From: Eledone cirrhosa
Lineage: Eukaryota
DNA: 64,000 bases
Assembly (NCBI GenBank): GCA_964016885.1
Contig: OZ024749.1
Location: 23,932,001-23,996,000 of the forward strand
Reading direction: 5' to 3'
The translations under genes and the position numbers were made by a program. This document shows, in pieces, positions 44,601-57,839 of this stretch. Numbering within the stretch: position 1 is the first letter of the stretch; every line of letters begins with the position of its first letter. The notes below the pieces were generated by a model. That model did no database searches. It had not been told where the DNA came from and saw nothing but the letters and a program-made list of their open reading frames with translations.

Positions 44601-44974
44601 ACCACGCATACACAGGCTTTAATTTTGAAAGAGATTGATGTCTTCGGCTTTTAGATATTAGTGAACTGTTTGCCCTAACATACCACAGCTGGAACAATGT
44701 GCGATGAAACTATCAACAGTTAATTCTGAAGGCCTTGATGTAATGCACGTATTGAAGACTATAAAGAAAATGGGTGCCTGGGGGTACTTGGGGGTTGATA
44801 TGAGGTGGTGTATAGGGGATGTTATGGGGTTGGTATTGTTTTCGCTACTTGAAAAACTAATTGACAATTCGATGATGTTTATGAGATATCCCATATAGGA
44901 GGAAAGAAAGGCTCACTGTCCCAGAGGAGATTTACACCGATATTGGATATCCAGTTGGGTTTATTGAATATGCC

Positions 44975-45055
<81 letters not shown>

Positions 45056-45161
45056 AATATATATACTCGTACATATTACAGATGTGCGTATGGGCCTGTA
45101 TTTATGCGCAATATAGCTATGCCTGTATGCATTTCTATCCTTCTCTCTCTCTTTCTCTCTC

Positions 45162-45227
<66 letters not shown>

Positions 45228-45329
45228 CGCTTATTTATACATGCAAACGATTATTCTGTGTATACCCTCAGTTGTGATTATCCTTCTATCCCTCTCACTA
45301 TATATTTATATGTATATTGCATATATGTT

Positions 45330-45371
<42 letters not shown>

Positions 45372-45380
45372 TATGTGTGT

Positions 45381-45450
<70 letters not shown>

Positions 45451-46249
45451 ATATATATGTATATATATATGTTTGTATATATATATATGTATACATATGT
45501 ATGTTTGTATATATTTATATATATATATATATGTATATATATATGTTTGTGTATATATATATATATGTATACATATGTATGTTTGTATATATATATGTAC
45601 ACACATATATGTTTCTATGTATATATGTATACATATATATATTTGTTTATATATATGTATACATATATATATGTTTGTTTATATATACGTATACATATAT
45701 ATTTATATATATATGTATACATATATATCTTTGGGTGTATATATTGCATATATAAGTATTACGTATACAGATGTGCAGAAATTGTGTATATCTGTTTATC
45801 GTACGTGCTTATGTGTACACTCATGAGTGAGTTTATGACAAGAGCTAACACATCTTTCCCCATCGTATCTTTCCATCCCCGCCTGTACCACCACAACAAC
45901 AGCCACCAACAGCAGCACCATAATCCTTATCATCAATATATTTCTGAGATGAATTGTTACAGATAAGCTTAGGGGAAGAAAGAGAGAAATTAGATACACC
46001 TTCATCAACAAATAATTGCCAAGGGAGATAATCGAAATAAATTACTTTCTTCCGGGTATCAAAATCGATTGTAAGCATCCACGAAGCGAGTCTTTAGAAG
46101 TTAACTTAACATTAGCATGATATACATATCGTACCCACCTTCACATATACATTGATGCTCTCCTCCCTCTCTAACTGTCACATTCTCTCTCACACACAAC
46201 CAGCCTCACGCATTCCTTCCTGCTGATACACATACACACAAATATAATT

Positions 46250-46360
46250 GTTTCTACATTCGGCACAGGGCCAGCATTCGCCCAGTGTATTACTGGTACT
46301 TTATTTTATCGACCCCGAAAGGATGAAAGGCAAAGTTAACCTCGGCGGGATTTGAACTCA
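46250..46360 (-). mobile_element. SINE fragment
   Basis: ttgtttctacattcggcacagggccagc...gaccccgaaaggatgaaaggcaaagttaacctcggcgggatttgaactca. Confidence 0.8.
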
Positions 46361-46425
46361 TACAACACAAATATAATATAATACATATATACATACATAT
46401 ATATATTACATACATATATATATTC

Positions 46426-46490
<65 letters not shown>

Positions 46491-46562
46491 TATATATATA
46501 TATGTGTGTGTGTATGTATATATGTGTGTGTATATATATGAATATATATATATATATATATA

Positions 46563-46650
<88 letters not shown>

Positions 46651-47339
46651 TTTATTAAAATAACAGATTAAAGTTTAAGCAAAGAATCGCTGCTTTCACC
46701 CTTAACGAGATCTTCTGAAACTAACAAAGTCAATCTGTAAACGCAGAAGTGGATATTTCAAAAAATAATTGCAACCGGAGGAAGACAGGAAGACGATACT
46801 TTGGTTCGTGGAAACGTTCGCTGGCAAAGAACGGAAAAAATACACAAGCATACGCAAAACACTTACCATAGGTATACAAAACCACGCACATAAAAATATG
46901 AGTGTGTGTGTATGCGTGTATACAAATAAATAAATATATAAACGTATATAAATAAATACGTATATAACAAGCGCACACACATACCTACATGTAAATACAC
47001 GAATGTTCGGAGACATAAGTCAACCAAAACATGAAGTACACATATACACACACCCTACATACGTACGAACCTGCATACTCGCACAGACGCGAAACTCCCG
47101 TATACACATAGCCAAACAATATGTACCAGAATATATAAAATTATACGCCATAACATAAACAATCAAATATACGTACGAGAAGGTATACGTACCTTCACAA
47201 ATCATACGGGTAATATATACTTACCTATGCAAATAAGTAATGGTATAAACAAAACATATACTTAGCTCCAACATCAAGACGTAAAATATCCACGTATAGA
47301 TCGTACTATCCGTTAGGGTATAACGTGGGGCTGTAATAC

Positions 47340-49426
47340 AGGAAAGTTTTGTGCAATTTATATTTACAAGCCGAAATTTCCTCAGATTATTTGTTTAAGA
47401 TGTGGTATGTGGCGTAGAGTATTTCCAGGGCCTCAGCGGCGGACAGGTCACATGGTCTTTTATTTCCGTTATACGATCTAGCCCTAGCTAGGATCTCCCA
47501 GTGTAACTTATATTGGGTGTGGTTGTCTTTTAGACTCCAGATATAAGCTGAAAGTGACGTCATATTCCTTCTTAGAGGGTAACGAAAAGAATGGGTATGC
47601 ATGTAAAGACGCTGCTTGAATCTATTGGCGGTTAACCCTATATAGGCCCTACGGGACGTGGGTGTTACAACCTCACATTTGTAGACAATGTTACTAGAGA
47701 GGTATTTTCCGGATAGGGGGCAATCAACCCGATTCCTACAATTACAGTTAGTACTAACTACAGGGTTGCACGTGTTCCTACAGCTAGGTAGTTTAGCTAT
47801 ATTTGAAGCTGAGATGTTATGTGCAAGGTTAGGAGTCGTAGAGTAAGACATTTTAATAGTATTTCTATTAAAAATGTTACTATATTTATGTGTAGGGGAC
47901 AAATGCTTCGTAATAAGGGAAAGAAAGATCTTAGCTAATGGTGTGGCCACCTCCATATAATATGGTGGGTTATACCAACAAATGCGACGGGATCTATTTC
48001 TTCTAGGTCTATTTTCAAACTCCGTATATGCTACCTTATCGACAAATCCACTTCGAGCAAGAGCTTCATTGTAATAAGTGGAATGGTCGTTGAAAATATG
48101 CTCGTTGGTGGAAAGACGGGAAAGCCTCAACGAAACGTTTCTTACCAGGTTCTTGGTTATGCTGGCAGGATGGTTGGAATGCTTACTTATGTAATTAAGC
48201 GTATCATTCGGATGTATATACGGGTAATACAACCCATTCGATAAATTGAGGGTAACGTTGAGGTAATTAACGACCAAGAGATTTTGACTCAACCTGTATA
48301 GAGAGGTTGAAGCCTTTAAAGAAGGCTGTGAGTTCTTTTCTGAACCTGTCGCAAGCACGAGGTCTGCACTTAGTCATGGTCAAAAGACCATCGTCACGGT
48401 ACAAACCACCGCCCGCGTTGGGCAATTCGTCCTTGATAGAGAAAAGAAGGAAAAGGCCGATAAGATCAGTAACCTCTGCAGAATCACTGGCGCCCATACT
48501 CACGTCGAATGGGGTACTATTGGATTTTTTAATCCAAATAGAGTCGTCGAAATTAATCACCGACTTTCGGGCATTGAGGATGACATCAACTTCGAAATCC
48601 TTAACCACTGTGAGTGTTTTAGCGAAATTGATAGCTCTAAGGAGAAGTGGTAAAGTGATGGAGGAGTAGTAATTGTTGATGTCGAAATGGATAAAACGGC
48701 AATGATCCTTGTTACATATGCCGTTGAACCAATCAATCACCGCGAAAGAATTGTTCCACAGTGCAAGAGGTGCCAAAATTCTAATTTCAGGTACAATTCT
48801 ATCAAGAAACGTTTTATTAAGTCTACCTAAATCGGTCTTCATAGGGTTAATAAGCCGAATAGAGGGGTTGTTCGGAAAATTGGATTTGTGATCCTTTAGG
48901 GTAAAGTGGCGAGAAATAGGGTCCAGAGGTTCGGTCCGGTCTAGGATGTTGAGATCAGATGTGATTTTAAACCCAGCATCGTTGATTTCATTGATGACGC
49001 ACCGATTAGTTTTACGGTAATCCTTAGTTACAGCATTATGTAGTAGTTGATGGTAAGTACTGCACTCCACTTGATATAGGTTGCCAGTTTTGTCGGAATG
49101 GACGTGCACGGCATTAGAATCCTTAATAGAACGAATTCAATTCTTCAGGTCTTGCAGGAAAGAATTGCTCCTATTCCGAAATTTGATACTCCGAATGAGT
49201 TCCAAGACATCATTTTTGAAGGGTAGCAATGCTGGGTTACACGGGGGGTTATTATAGGTTTTAAATCCAAATTTATCCTGTTTGTTGTCTGCTTTTCGCG
49301 GATTATCGAAATAAAAGGCACGCCAACGCAACCTTTTAATGAACGCGTCTGTTTTCTGTATCAGGAGTTTTAGGTATGTTTTCCTGCTTGGTACGGGTAT
49401 GTTCTTAGTAGATTCAGATGTTGTTT
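47340..49426 (-). pseudogene. Naiad-like PLE RT plus GIY-YIG ORF with a frameshift and premature stops
   Basis: STKNIPVPS..Y...LIQKT..FIKRLRWRA; SDKTGNLY; TLKDHK.NF..NP..RLINP.K; FIHFDINNYYSSI; FDVSMGASDSAEV; GLYRDDGL; VNYLNVTLNL; SNHP; WYNPPY; CNCR...CPLSG....NIVYKC...YIGLT..FKQR...H; LNK*. Stop at 49137, frameshift near 48270-48290. Confidence 0.92.
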
Positions 49427-49584
49427 CTGCATGATGAATATAAGTCAGTAGAGTGCTCAACCGAGGGAGAAATAGTAATAATAATAAATTTGAAGACTAA
49501 AATCCAACGAGGGCTCGATAAGGATAAATATATATCAAATATATAAGAACCGTAGAGCAAATATTTATTAAAATAACAGATTAA

Positions 49585-49635
49585 AGTTTAAGCAAAGAAT
49601 CGCTGCTTTCACCCTTAACGGGATCTTCTGAAACT
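49585..49635 (-). ncRNA. pLTR hammerhead variant (core CAGAAGA); copies at 46672-46722 (-), 34536-34586 (-) and a degenerate copy at 60655-60720 (+)
   Basis: agttt-CAGAAGA-t-ccc(gttaa)ggg-t-GAAA-gca(gcgattctt)tgc-TT-aaact. Confidence 0.65.
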
Positions 49636-49763
49636 AACAAAGTCAATCTGTAAACGCAGAACTGGATATTTCAAAAAACGTTGCAACCGGAGGAAGACAG
49701 GAAGACGATACTTTGGTTCGTGGAAACGTTCGCTGGCAAAGAACGGAAAAAAACGAATATAAT

Positions 49764-49949
49764 TGTTTCCACTTTAGGCACAAGGCCAGCAATTATCCAG
49801 TGCATTACTGGTACTTTATTTGATCGACCCCGTAAGGATGAAAGGCAAAGTCAACCTCGGCGGGATTTGAACTCAGATCGTAAAGGGACGTAACTATGCT
49901 GGAAAGCATGGCGTCCGACCCTCTACCGATACTGCCAATCCACCGCCCT
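49764..49949 (-). mobile_element. tRNA-derived SINE inserted in the PLE 5' pLTR, with a 9-bp TSD
   Basis: GAATATAAT at 49755-49763 and 49950-49958. The empty site is visible in the inverted pLTR (gtattatattcg at about 50371-50382). Confidence 0.9.
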
Positions 49950-51358
49950 GAATATAATACGTCATTAATAGCAGCGGTGAAAAACAATTACGCGCAAAGA
50001 CAAAACCTCGTAAATGGTATAGCAGAAGTCGTAGACTAAAATTCTAACTAGGAGACCGAATGAATCTCCGCAACAAAGTTAAGAACAAAGTAAATAAATA
50101 CAATACAGAAGTAATAGAAATTAATAAAAACATACACGCAAACAAATACGTACATACACAAGCATACGCAAAACCTTACCATAGGTATACAAAACCACGT
50201 GCTATTTTTCTCCACGCTCCACTTATGACGTATTATCTTCGTTTTTTCGTTCATTGCCAGAGAACGTCTCTATGAACCACCTAAGAGAACATTAGTCTAC
50301 GATCTCTTTTATACCATTAACGTGGTTCTGTCTTTGCGCGTAATTGTGTTTCACCGCTCCTATTAATGACGTATTATATTCGTTTTTTTTCCGTTCTTTG
50401 CCAGCGAACGTTTCCACGAACCAAAGTATCGTCTTCCTGTCTTCCTCCGGTTGCAACGTTTTTTGAAATATCCAGTTCTGCGTTTACAGTTTACCCTCTC
50501 TGCCAAACAACGGCCCACCTATGCCCTACCAAAGTTTACTGCTACCCTTCACGACGCTGGCAGTCAGCCGAAAGCCAGAGGGGATGGGAGGGTGTTAGTT
50601 TTTATAGGTCATAATATTACCTCTCACTAAGCATTGACAGTATGACTGACCATCAACTCATAAAGGAAAATAAACTTAATTCTAGGTATCATGGTTTTAC
50701 ATTGGAATTAAAAATTAAAATCCTAAATCAAATATCAGAGATTATAAATTAAACAATTAAAAAAATTAAAAAAATTAACAATTAGAAATTAAAAAATTTT
50801 CCAAGTGATAATTCGGATTGAGGTGAGTAAAAATATAGATTGAAGTGAGTAAATAATATGGAGAGGGATGTTTAAGTAATAAGTTCTGAGAGGGATTCTA
50901 GTGTCACAGTTACTCTATCCACATATTGAACGATAGTGCCGTACATTATAACAGACGGCAAACTACAGGGTTCAAGGCACTAGTCAATCTGGTACACAGT
51001 CATAATTTCCATCACATGGAACAAAATCAAAGAAAAACAGACATAAATACTCAAAAGGAAAGAACAGAACCAATAGTGAATAAATGCAAAAACACGGAGT
51101 ACATGTATGCAAAATGATCCATATGATTGTCCATCTGTCCATGTATATATTGAATTGAAGGGGCTTCTGTTCAAATGCGATTTGGTGCAGGAAAATAAGG
51201 GTTTATCTTATTTTTTGTTTCCGCTTATTTATCCTGCCGAAAGTTAGGGGTTTCCATCCCCATGTTAGAGAGAATTTCCGGGGTGGCACATGGTTGGTTC
51301 CTCTCTTCTCCACTATATCGGTTACATCATAGAGCGCTCAACTAATTGGAGCTAAATT

Positions 51359-51880
51359 ATTAGGGTAAACAATGATGCAATTCAATTCAATTCAAGCACT
51401 CAACGTACTTTTTCCACATAGGAGTGACGGAGTAAATATCGAATAAGGAAAAGCGAAGTAGTTTCAGATGTTCAAGTCCTTTAATAATAATGCTGTGATA
51501 TATATTTCAATGACGACACTGGCAACGCTGTTCTGTGTGCGAGTGTCGTTTCATCATCAGACAGCTTGTTACATAATAAGGTTATGGTACTCACAAGGGA
51601 ACGGATGAAAAACCCAAAAGCACGAACTTCATCCGTTCCCATGTCGATTCAATTTGGATTGCCTCGGAAACATAACCTTATTATGTAACAAGCTGTCTGA
51701 TGATGACACGACACAGAATAGTGTGGCCAGTGTCGTCATTGAAATATATATCACAGCATTACTATTAAAGGTCTTGAACATCTGAAACTACTTCGCTTTT
51801 CCTTATTCGATATTTACTCCGTCACACCTATGTGGAAAAAGTACGTTGAGGGCTTGAATTGAATTGCATCAATGTTTACC

Positions 51881-51885
<5 letters not shown>
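51359..51885. mobile_element. Fold-back element with ~225-bp arms and an intact HHR in each arm
   Basis: attagggtaaac...cataataaggttatg / cataaccttattatg...gtttaccctaat. Inner hairpin gggaacggatgaa / ttcatccgttccc. Right flank is (TA)n. Confidence 0.9.
51692..51757 (+). ncRNA. Type I hammerhead ribozyme, AUC site (inverted copy at 51492-51565, minus strand)
   Basis: gctgt-CTGATGA-tgacacgacac...gtgtcgtcatt-GAAA-tatata-TC-acagc. Confidence 0.85.
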
Positions 51886-51918
<33 letters not shown>

Positions 51919-51944
51919 TATATTCATCTCTATCTATCTATCTA

Positions 51945-51999
<55 letters not shown>

Positions 52000-52105
52000 G
52001 TTTATAACTGGAGTAAATGCTCAATGATATTAACTATCCAGTGAATTTCCAACCGATAAGTTATGATTTTCATGGGTACGTTTCTATTTATAAAACAAAC
52101 CTTGT

Positions 52106-52168
52106 ATTTTATCTGATGAAAGCGCACCAATGTTGTCTTGGTTGCTCTTGAAATATATATAATAAAAT
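52106..52168 (+). ncRNA. Type I hammerhead ribozyme, relative of 35771-35833, in a (TA)n-bounded fragment (~51995-52212)
   Basis: attttat-CTGATGA-aag.gcacca...tggttgc.ctt-GAAA-tatata-TA-ataaaat. Confidence 0.82.
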
Positions 52169-52211
52169 AAATATGGCTTTATAAATATAGTTTCCATTTA
52201 TCTAATATCAT

Positions 52212-52263
<52 letters not shown>

Positions 52264-52387
52264 TCTATATATTCATATATATTCATGTATATATATATAA
52301 TATATATATATATATCCATCCTCACTGGGAGGCATTGTCACGGAAAAACCTTACACATGCGTCTTTACTGATATTCATATTTATATT

Positions 52388-52439
<52 letters not shown>

Positions 52440-52679
52440 GACATACAGTGACGCAATCACTATACAAGACCACACACACACACACCCACACACTCTCTAT
52501 CTATCTATCAATGACTCTCACACACACACAGTTACACACAGGCCCATACCCAAACAAAGAGATATTTCATTATTTCACTGTTGATATATACCAATATCTT
52601 TCACATGTATGACCCCTATTCACTTCAAATAAAAGACTTAGTCAGATGAAGGGATGTGTTATGTACCTAATATTAATAG

Positions 52680-55600
52680 GGTATTGTTGCTATTGTTGTT
52701 GCTATTGTTGTTGCTGTTGTTGTTCCTGTTTATGTTGCTATCGATGTTGCTGCAGCTATTGTCGTTGTTGTTGTTGCTGTTGTTGCTATCGTTGTTTCTG
52801 TTGATACGGCTCAACAGCCGTATCAATGTTGTTGTTGCTGCAGCTATTGTTGTTCCTGGTGATGTTCCTGTGGTTGTTGCTGCAGCTATTGTCGTTGTTG
52901 CTGTTGTTGTTGTTGCTGCTGCTGCTATTGTCGATGTTGCTATTGCTGTTGTTGCTATCGTTGTTTCTGTTGATACGGCTGTTGGTGTTGTTGTTGTTGC
53001 TGCTATTGTCGTTGTTGCTGTTGTTGTTGTTGCTATCGTTGTTGCTGTTGATACGGCTGTTGGTGTTGTTGCTGCTGCAGCTATTGTTGCTGTTGCTATT
53101 GCTGTTGTTGCTATCGTTGTTTCTGTTGATACGGCTGTTGGTGTTGTTGTTGCTACTGCTATTGTCGTTGTTGCTGTTGCTGTTGTTGCTATCGTTGTTT
53201 CTGTTGATACGGCTGTAGCTATTGTCGTTGTTGCTGTTGCTGTTGTTGCTATCGTTGTTTCTGTTGATACGGCTGTTGCTGTTGTTGTTGCTGCTGCTAT
53301 TGTTGTTGTTGCTATTGCTGTTGTTGCTATCGTTGTTTCTGTTGATACGGCTGTTGTTGTTGTTGTTGCTGCAGCTATTGTTGTTCCTGTTGATGTTGCT
53401 ATTGCTATTGTTGCTATCGTTGTTTCTGTCGTTACGGCTGTTGGTGTTGTTGTTGCTACTGCTATTGTCGTTGTTGATGTTGCTGTTGTTGCTATCGTTG
53501 TTTCTGTTGATACGGCTATTGTTGTTGTAGTTGTTGCTGCAGCTATTGCCGTTGTTGCTGTTGTTGCTGTCGCTATCGTTGTTTCTGTTGATACGGCTGT
53601 TGTTGTTGTTGTTGTTGCTGCAGCTATTGTTGTTGTTGCTATTGCTGTTGTTGCTATCGTTGTTTCTGTTGATACGGGTGTTGGTGTTGTTGTTGCTGCA
53701 ACTATTGTTGTTGTTGTTATTGCTGTTGTTGCTATCGTTGTTTCTGTTGAAACGGCTGTTGGCGTTGTTGTTGCTGCAGCTATTGTTGTTGTTGCTATTG
53801 CTGTTGTTGCTATCGTTGTTTCTGTTGATACGGCCGTTGGTGTGGTTGCTGCTGCAGCTATTGTTGCTGTTGCTATTGCTGTTGTTGCTATCGTTGTTTC
53901 TGTTGATGCGGCTGTTGGTGTTGTTGCTGCTGCAGCTATTGTTGTTGTTGCTATTGCTGTTGTTGCTATCGTTGTTTCTCTTGATACGGCTGTTGGTGTT
54001 GTTGTTGCTGCAGCTATTGTTGCTGTTGCTATTGCTGTTGTTGCTATCGTTGTTTCCGTTGATACGGCTGTTGGTGTTGTTTTTGCTGCAGCTATTGTTG
54101 TTGTTGCTATTGCTGTTGTTGCTATCGTTGTTTCTGTTGATACGGCTGTTGGTGTTGTTGTTGCTGCAGCTATTGTTGTTGTTGCTATTGCTGTTGTTGC
54201 TGCTGCAGCTATTGTTGCTGTTGCTATTGCTGTTGTTGCTATCGTTGTTTCTGTTGATACGGATGTTGTTGTTGTTGTTGCTGCAGCTACTGTTGTTGTT
54301 GCTGTTTGTGTTGTTGCTGCTGCAGCTATTGTTGCTGTTGCTATTGCTGTTGTTGCTATCGTTGTTTCTGTTAATACGGATGTTGGTGTTGTTGTTGCTG
54401 CAGCTATTGTTGGTGTTGCTATTGCTGTTGTTGCTATCGTTGTTTCTGTTGATACGGCTGTTGGTGTTGTTGTTGCTGCAGCTATTGTCGTTGTTGCTAT
54501 TGCTGTTGTTGCTATCGTTGTTTCTGTTGATACGGCTGTTGGTGTTGTTGTTGCTGCAGCTATTGTTGTTGTTGCTATTGCTGTTGTTGCTATGGTTGTT
54601 TCTGTTGATACGGCTGTTGGTGTTGTTGCTGCTGCAGCTATTGTGGTTGTTGTTATTGCTGTTGTTGCTATCGTTGTTTCTGTTGATACGGCTGTTGGTG
54701 TTGTTGTTGCTGCAGCTATTGTTGTTGTTGCTATTGCTGTTGTTGCTATTGCTGTTGTTGCTATCGTTGTTTCTGTTGATACGGCTGTTGGTGTTGTTGT
54801 TGCTGCAGCTATTGTCGTTGTTGCTATTGCTGTTGTTGCTATCGTTGTTTCCGTTGTTACGGCTGTCGGTGTTGTTGTTGCTGCAGCTATTGTCGTTGTT
54901 GCTATTGCTGTTGTTGCTATGGTTGTTTCTGTTGATACGGCTGTTGGTGTTGTTGCTGCTGCAGCTATTGTCGTTGTTGCTATTGCTGTTGTTGCTATCG
55001 TTGTTTCTGTTGATACGGCTGTTGGTGTTGTTGATGCTGCAGCTATTGTCGTTGTTGCTTTTGCTGTTGTTGCTATCGTTGTTTCTGTTGATACGGCTGT
55101 TGGTGTTGTTGTTGCTGCAACTATTGTTGTTGTTGCTATTGCTGTTGTTGCTATCGTTGTTTCTGTTGATACGGCTGTTGGTGTTGTTGTTGCTGCAGCT
55201 ATTGTCGTTGTTGCTATTGCTGTTGTTGCTATCGTTGTTTCTGTTGATACGGCTGTTGGTGTTGTTGTTGCTGCAGCTATTGTCGTTGTTGCTATTGCTG
55301 TTGTTGCTATCGTTGTTTCTGTTGATACGGCTGTTGGTGTTGTTGTTGCTGCAGCTATTGTTGTTGTTGCTATTGCTGTTGTTTCTATCGTTGTTTCTGT
55401 TAATACGGCTGTTGGTGTTGTTGTTGCTGCAGCTATTGTCGTTGTTGCTCTTGCTGTTGTTGCTATCGTTGTTTCTGTTAATACGGCTGTTGGTGTTGTT
55501 GTTGCTGCAGCTATTGTCGATGTTGCTATTGCTGTTGTTGCTATCGTTGCTTCTGTTGTTGTTATTGCTGATATTGTCGTTGTTGATGTTGTTGTCGTTG

Positions 55601-55687
55601 CTAATGTTGTTGCTGCTGCTGCTGTTGTTGATATTGTTGCTGGTGTCGATGTTGCTGTTGCAGTTGCCGCTGTTACTATTGTTGTTA
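52680..55687. repeat. 3-kb minisatellite with a 78-bp unit derived from (GTT/GCT)n
   Basis: gttgatacggctgttggtgttgttgttgctgcagctatt...gctatcgttgtttct, period 78 (e.g. 55090 to 55168). Variation occurs mostly in steps of 3 nt. Confidence 0.95.
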
Positions 55688-55699
55688 CATTGAAATCTC

Positions 55700-56121
55700 T
55701 CCAAGGTTACCTTTGACTTTTATCCTTACAGTGTTGATAAAAGTAATTACCAGGAACACACTGGGGTCAATTTGGTGGCGATGGTGATAATGATAATATT
55801 CTTAATAATAAGTGTTTCTACTTTTGGCACAAGGCCAGCAATTACCCAGTGCATTACTAGTACTTTATTTTGTCGACCCGTAAGAATGAAAGGCAAAGTT
55901 AACCTCGGTTAATAATAATAACAATAATTTCTACTATAGGCTGCAATTTGAGGAGAGGAGAAAGTCGATTAAATAGACCCCAGTGCATTACTGGGACTTT
56001 ATTTTATCGACCCCGTAAGGATGAAGAGCAAACCTTACCTCAGTGGCATTTGAACTCAGAACGTAAATGCCATAACTGTATGCTGCGAAGCATGTTGACC
56101 GACTTTCTACCGATACTGCCA
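55700..56121. mobile_element. Cluster of three SINE fragments (55700-55770 +; 55812-55908 -; 55930-56121 -)
   Basis: Core motifs cagtgcattact(a/g)g..ctttatttt..cgaccc.taag..tgaa. Confidence 0.75.
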
Positions 56122-57289
56122 AATATATATTTCAAAAGTCTGTAAACCAAACTTATATAGGGAAGGAAATTATGAAAGAAATGCATACCTGCTGATGTGA
56201 GGTTTATTTACCCAGATAAAATCACAAAAGAACGTTGTATAGCAATTGATGGTACGAATTTGTAATTCAATTACTTCTTCTTTCGCACCAGAGTAACTGG
56301 TTTCTATTAAGAATGGAACACAACAGACTAGAGTAGAATATAAAATAGGTTTAGAACAACGTATAGACAAGATTATGGGATTAGAGTATTAGGTTTTCCC
56401 AAATAGATTATGATTAGCATTCAATAAATAAATCACCTCACATAAAGTGTTGTGGCTTGTGGAAAGTCTGAACTGTTGTCTGTATGTAACGTTATTAACG
56501 TTATATGACAGAACAGTTTCTATTGCTGTCATAACTCTTACCAATCTCCGAGAAGATTGGCAATGTTTCTACTAGAATAAATACAAACATGATTGCATAC
56601 TCACACATACTCACACATGCACAGACAATAACACGCAAATATATAACGAAATACACAGATGTACACACGTAAATACACAAATAATTTGACACTCTCATCC
56701 CCAAACATATACAGATATGCATTTGCCTATGGCGTGTGAGAGTGTGTGTGTGTGTGTATGTTTATGGTAGATGGATGTCTATGTGTATGTCTATGTGTAT
56801 GAGTTTGGTTATGTGTCTGGGTGTATATGTGTGCGTCTGTGTGGGTATGGTTTAGGGCGTGTAAATTTATGTGTGTGTGTGTCTGTGTTTGATGGCGTGT
56901 ATGTGTATCTGTGTGAGCATGCACAGGCAATAACACACAATTATATAACCAAACACACAGAGGTACACACGTCCATGCAAGTAAACACACAAATACTTAG
57001 ACACCCTCATCCGCAAACATAGACAGATTTATATTTCTCTATGCGTGTGAGGATGTGTATGTGTGTTTATGCTTGATGGGTGATTAACAGTCTGTGCATG
57101 TGAGTGTGTGTATGTGTGTTTATGGTTGAGCGGCGTCTAAAAGTCTGTCAGTGAGTTTGTGTATAGTTCTGTGTGTGTCAGTGTGTGTCTATGTGGTTAT
57201 ATGCTTGAGGCATAAGTGTAAATTACTGCGTTTGTGTATGTGCTTAATGTCATGTATGTGTGTGACTGAGTGCGCGTGTGTGTATACGT

Positions 57290-57540
57290 TGGACCTCCAT
57301 CGGTTTTGACGATGCATGTAACAGTTATTCAAACAACGGAATGACCTACTCATAAAATAAATGTGCAAGAGTCTGACCGTTTCACAGGCACGAGTAGCCC
57401 TAATTTATTCCTCTTGTATATTCAGCGTGACACAATATGTGACAAACTTGGCCCTTCTTGTACCAGTTTCCTGAACTGGAGCAACTTGAAATAAAATGTC
57501 ATGCTCAAAGTCACAACCTTCTGGCACTCGAACTCACTCT
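57290..57540. mobile_element. Degenerate copy of a second SINE-like family (related pieces at about 43405-43600 and 44170-44310)
   Basis: Shared motifs cagcgtgacaca..tgtgacaa..ctggccctt and gaactggagcaac.tgaaataaa.tg.c.tgctcaa. Confidence 0.45.
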
Positions 57541-57839
57541 ATTGTCATCGTTTTCCATATAAGGGGGCTTCAATGTCTGGCCATCGGCGGCTAGTAATTC
57601 GCTTTGTAGAAAGGGACGCGTTGAGTTGTCTCCCATGCCAGTTTTACGGATATAATGTAGCTGATTCCGAAAGTAAGTGTATGTATATATGCATGTTCGT
57701 AGAGAGAGAGAGAATGACACACAGAAGGAGGGACAGCGAGAGAGAGAGAGAGATATTGGGGACTCGAGCACACTATTTGACTGGAATGTTATTTATCGAC
57801 CACTGACTTAAACATTTCGAGTTCATGCATGTTTTATGA

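Larger units (their letters stand above)
46650..50490 (-). mobile_element. Near-complete Penelope-like retroelement (Naiad-like) with 3' pLTR, direct 5' pLTR and inverted partial pLTR
   Basis: pLTR 46650-46886 is repeated directly at 49563-49763 and 50153-50198, and inverted at about 50285-50490. The 3' end abuts (TA)n. RT-GIY ORF lies between the pLTRs. Confidence 0.92.

Noticed and set aside
44658-44960. Possible degenerate PLE RT fragment (PQAPIFF...RP)
   Set aside because: The similarity is too weak to call without a search.
47387-47760. Selenocysteine (TGA) codons as reported for some Naiad PLEs
   Set aside because: The frame is open through the Cys motifs with no in-frame TGA there. 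The stop at 47387-47389 is TAA.
52654-55716. 1020-aa V/A-rich, 972-aa N/S-rich and 720-aa L-rich ORFs
   Set aside because: They are stop-free frames of a triplet-derived minisatellite with no domain features.
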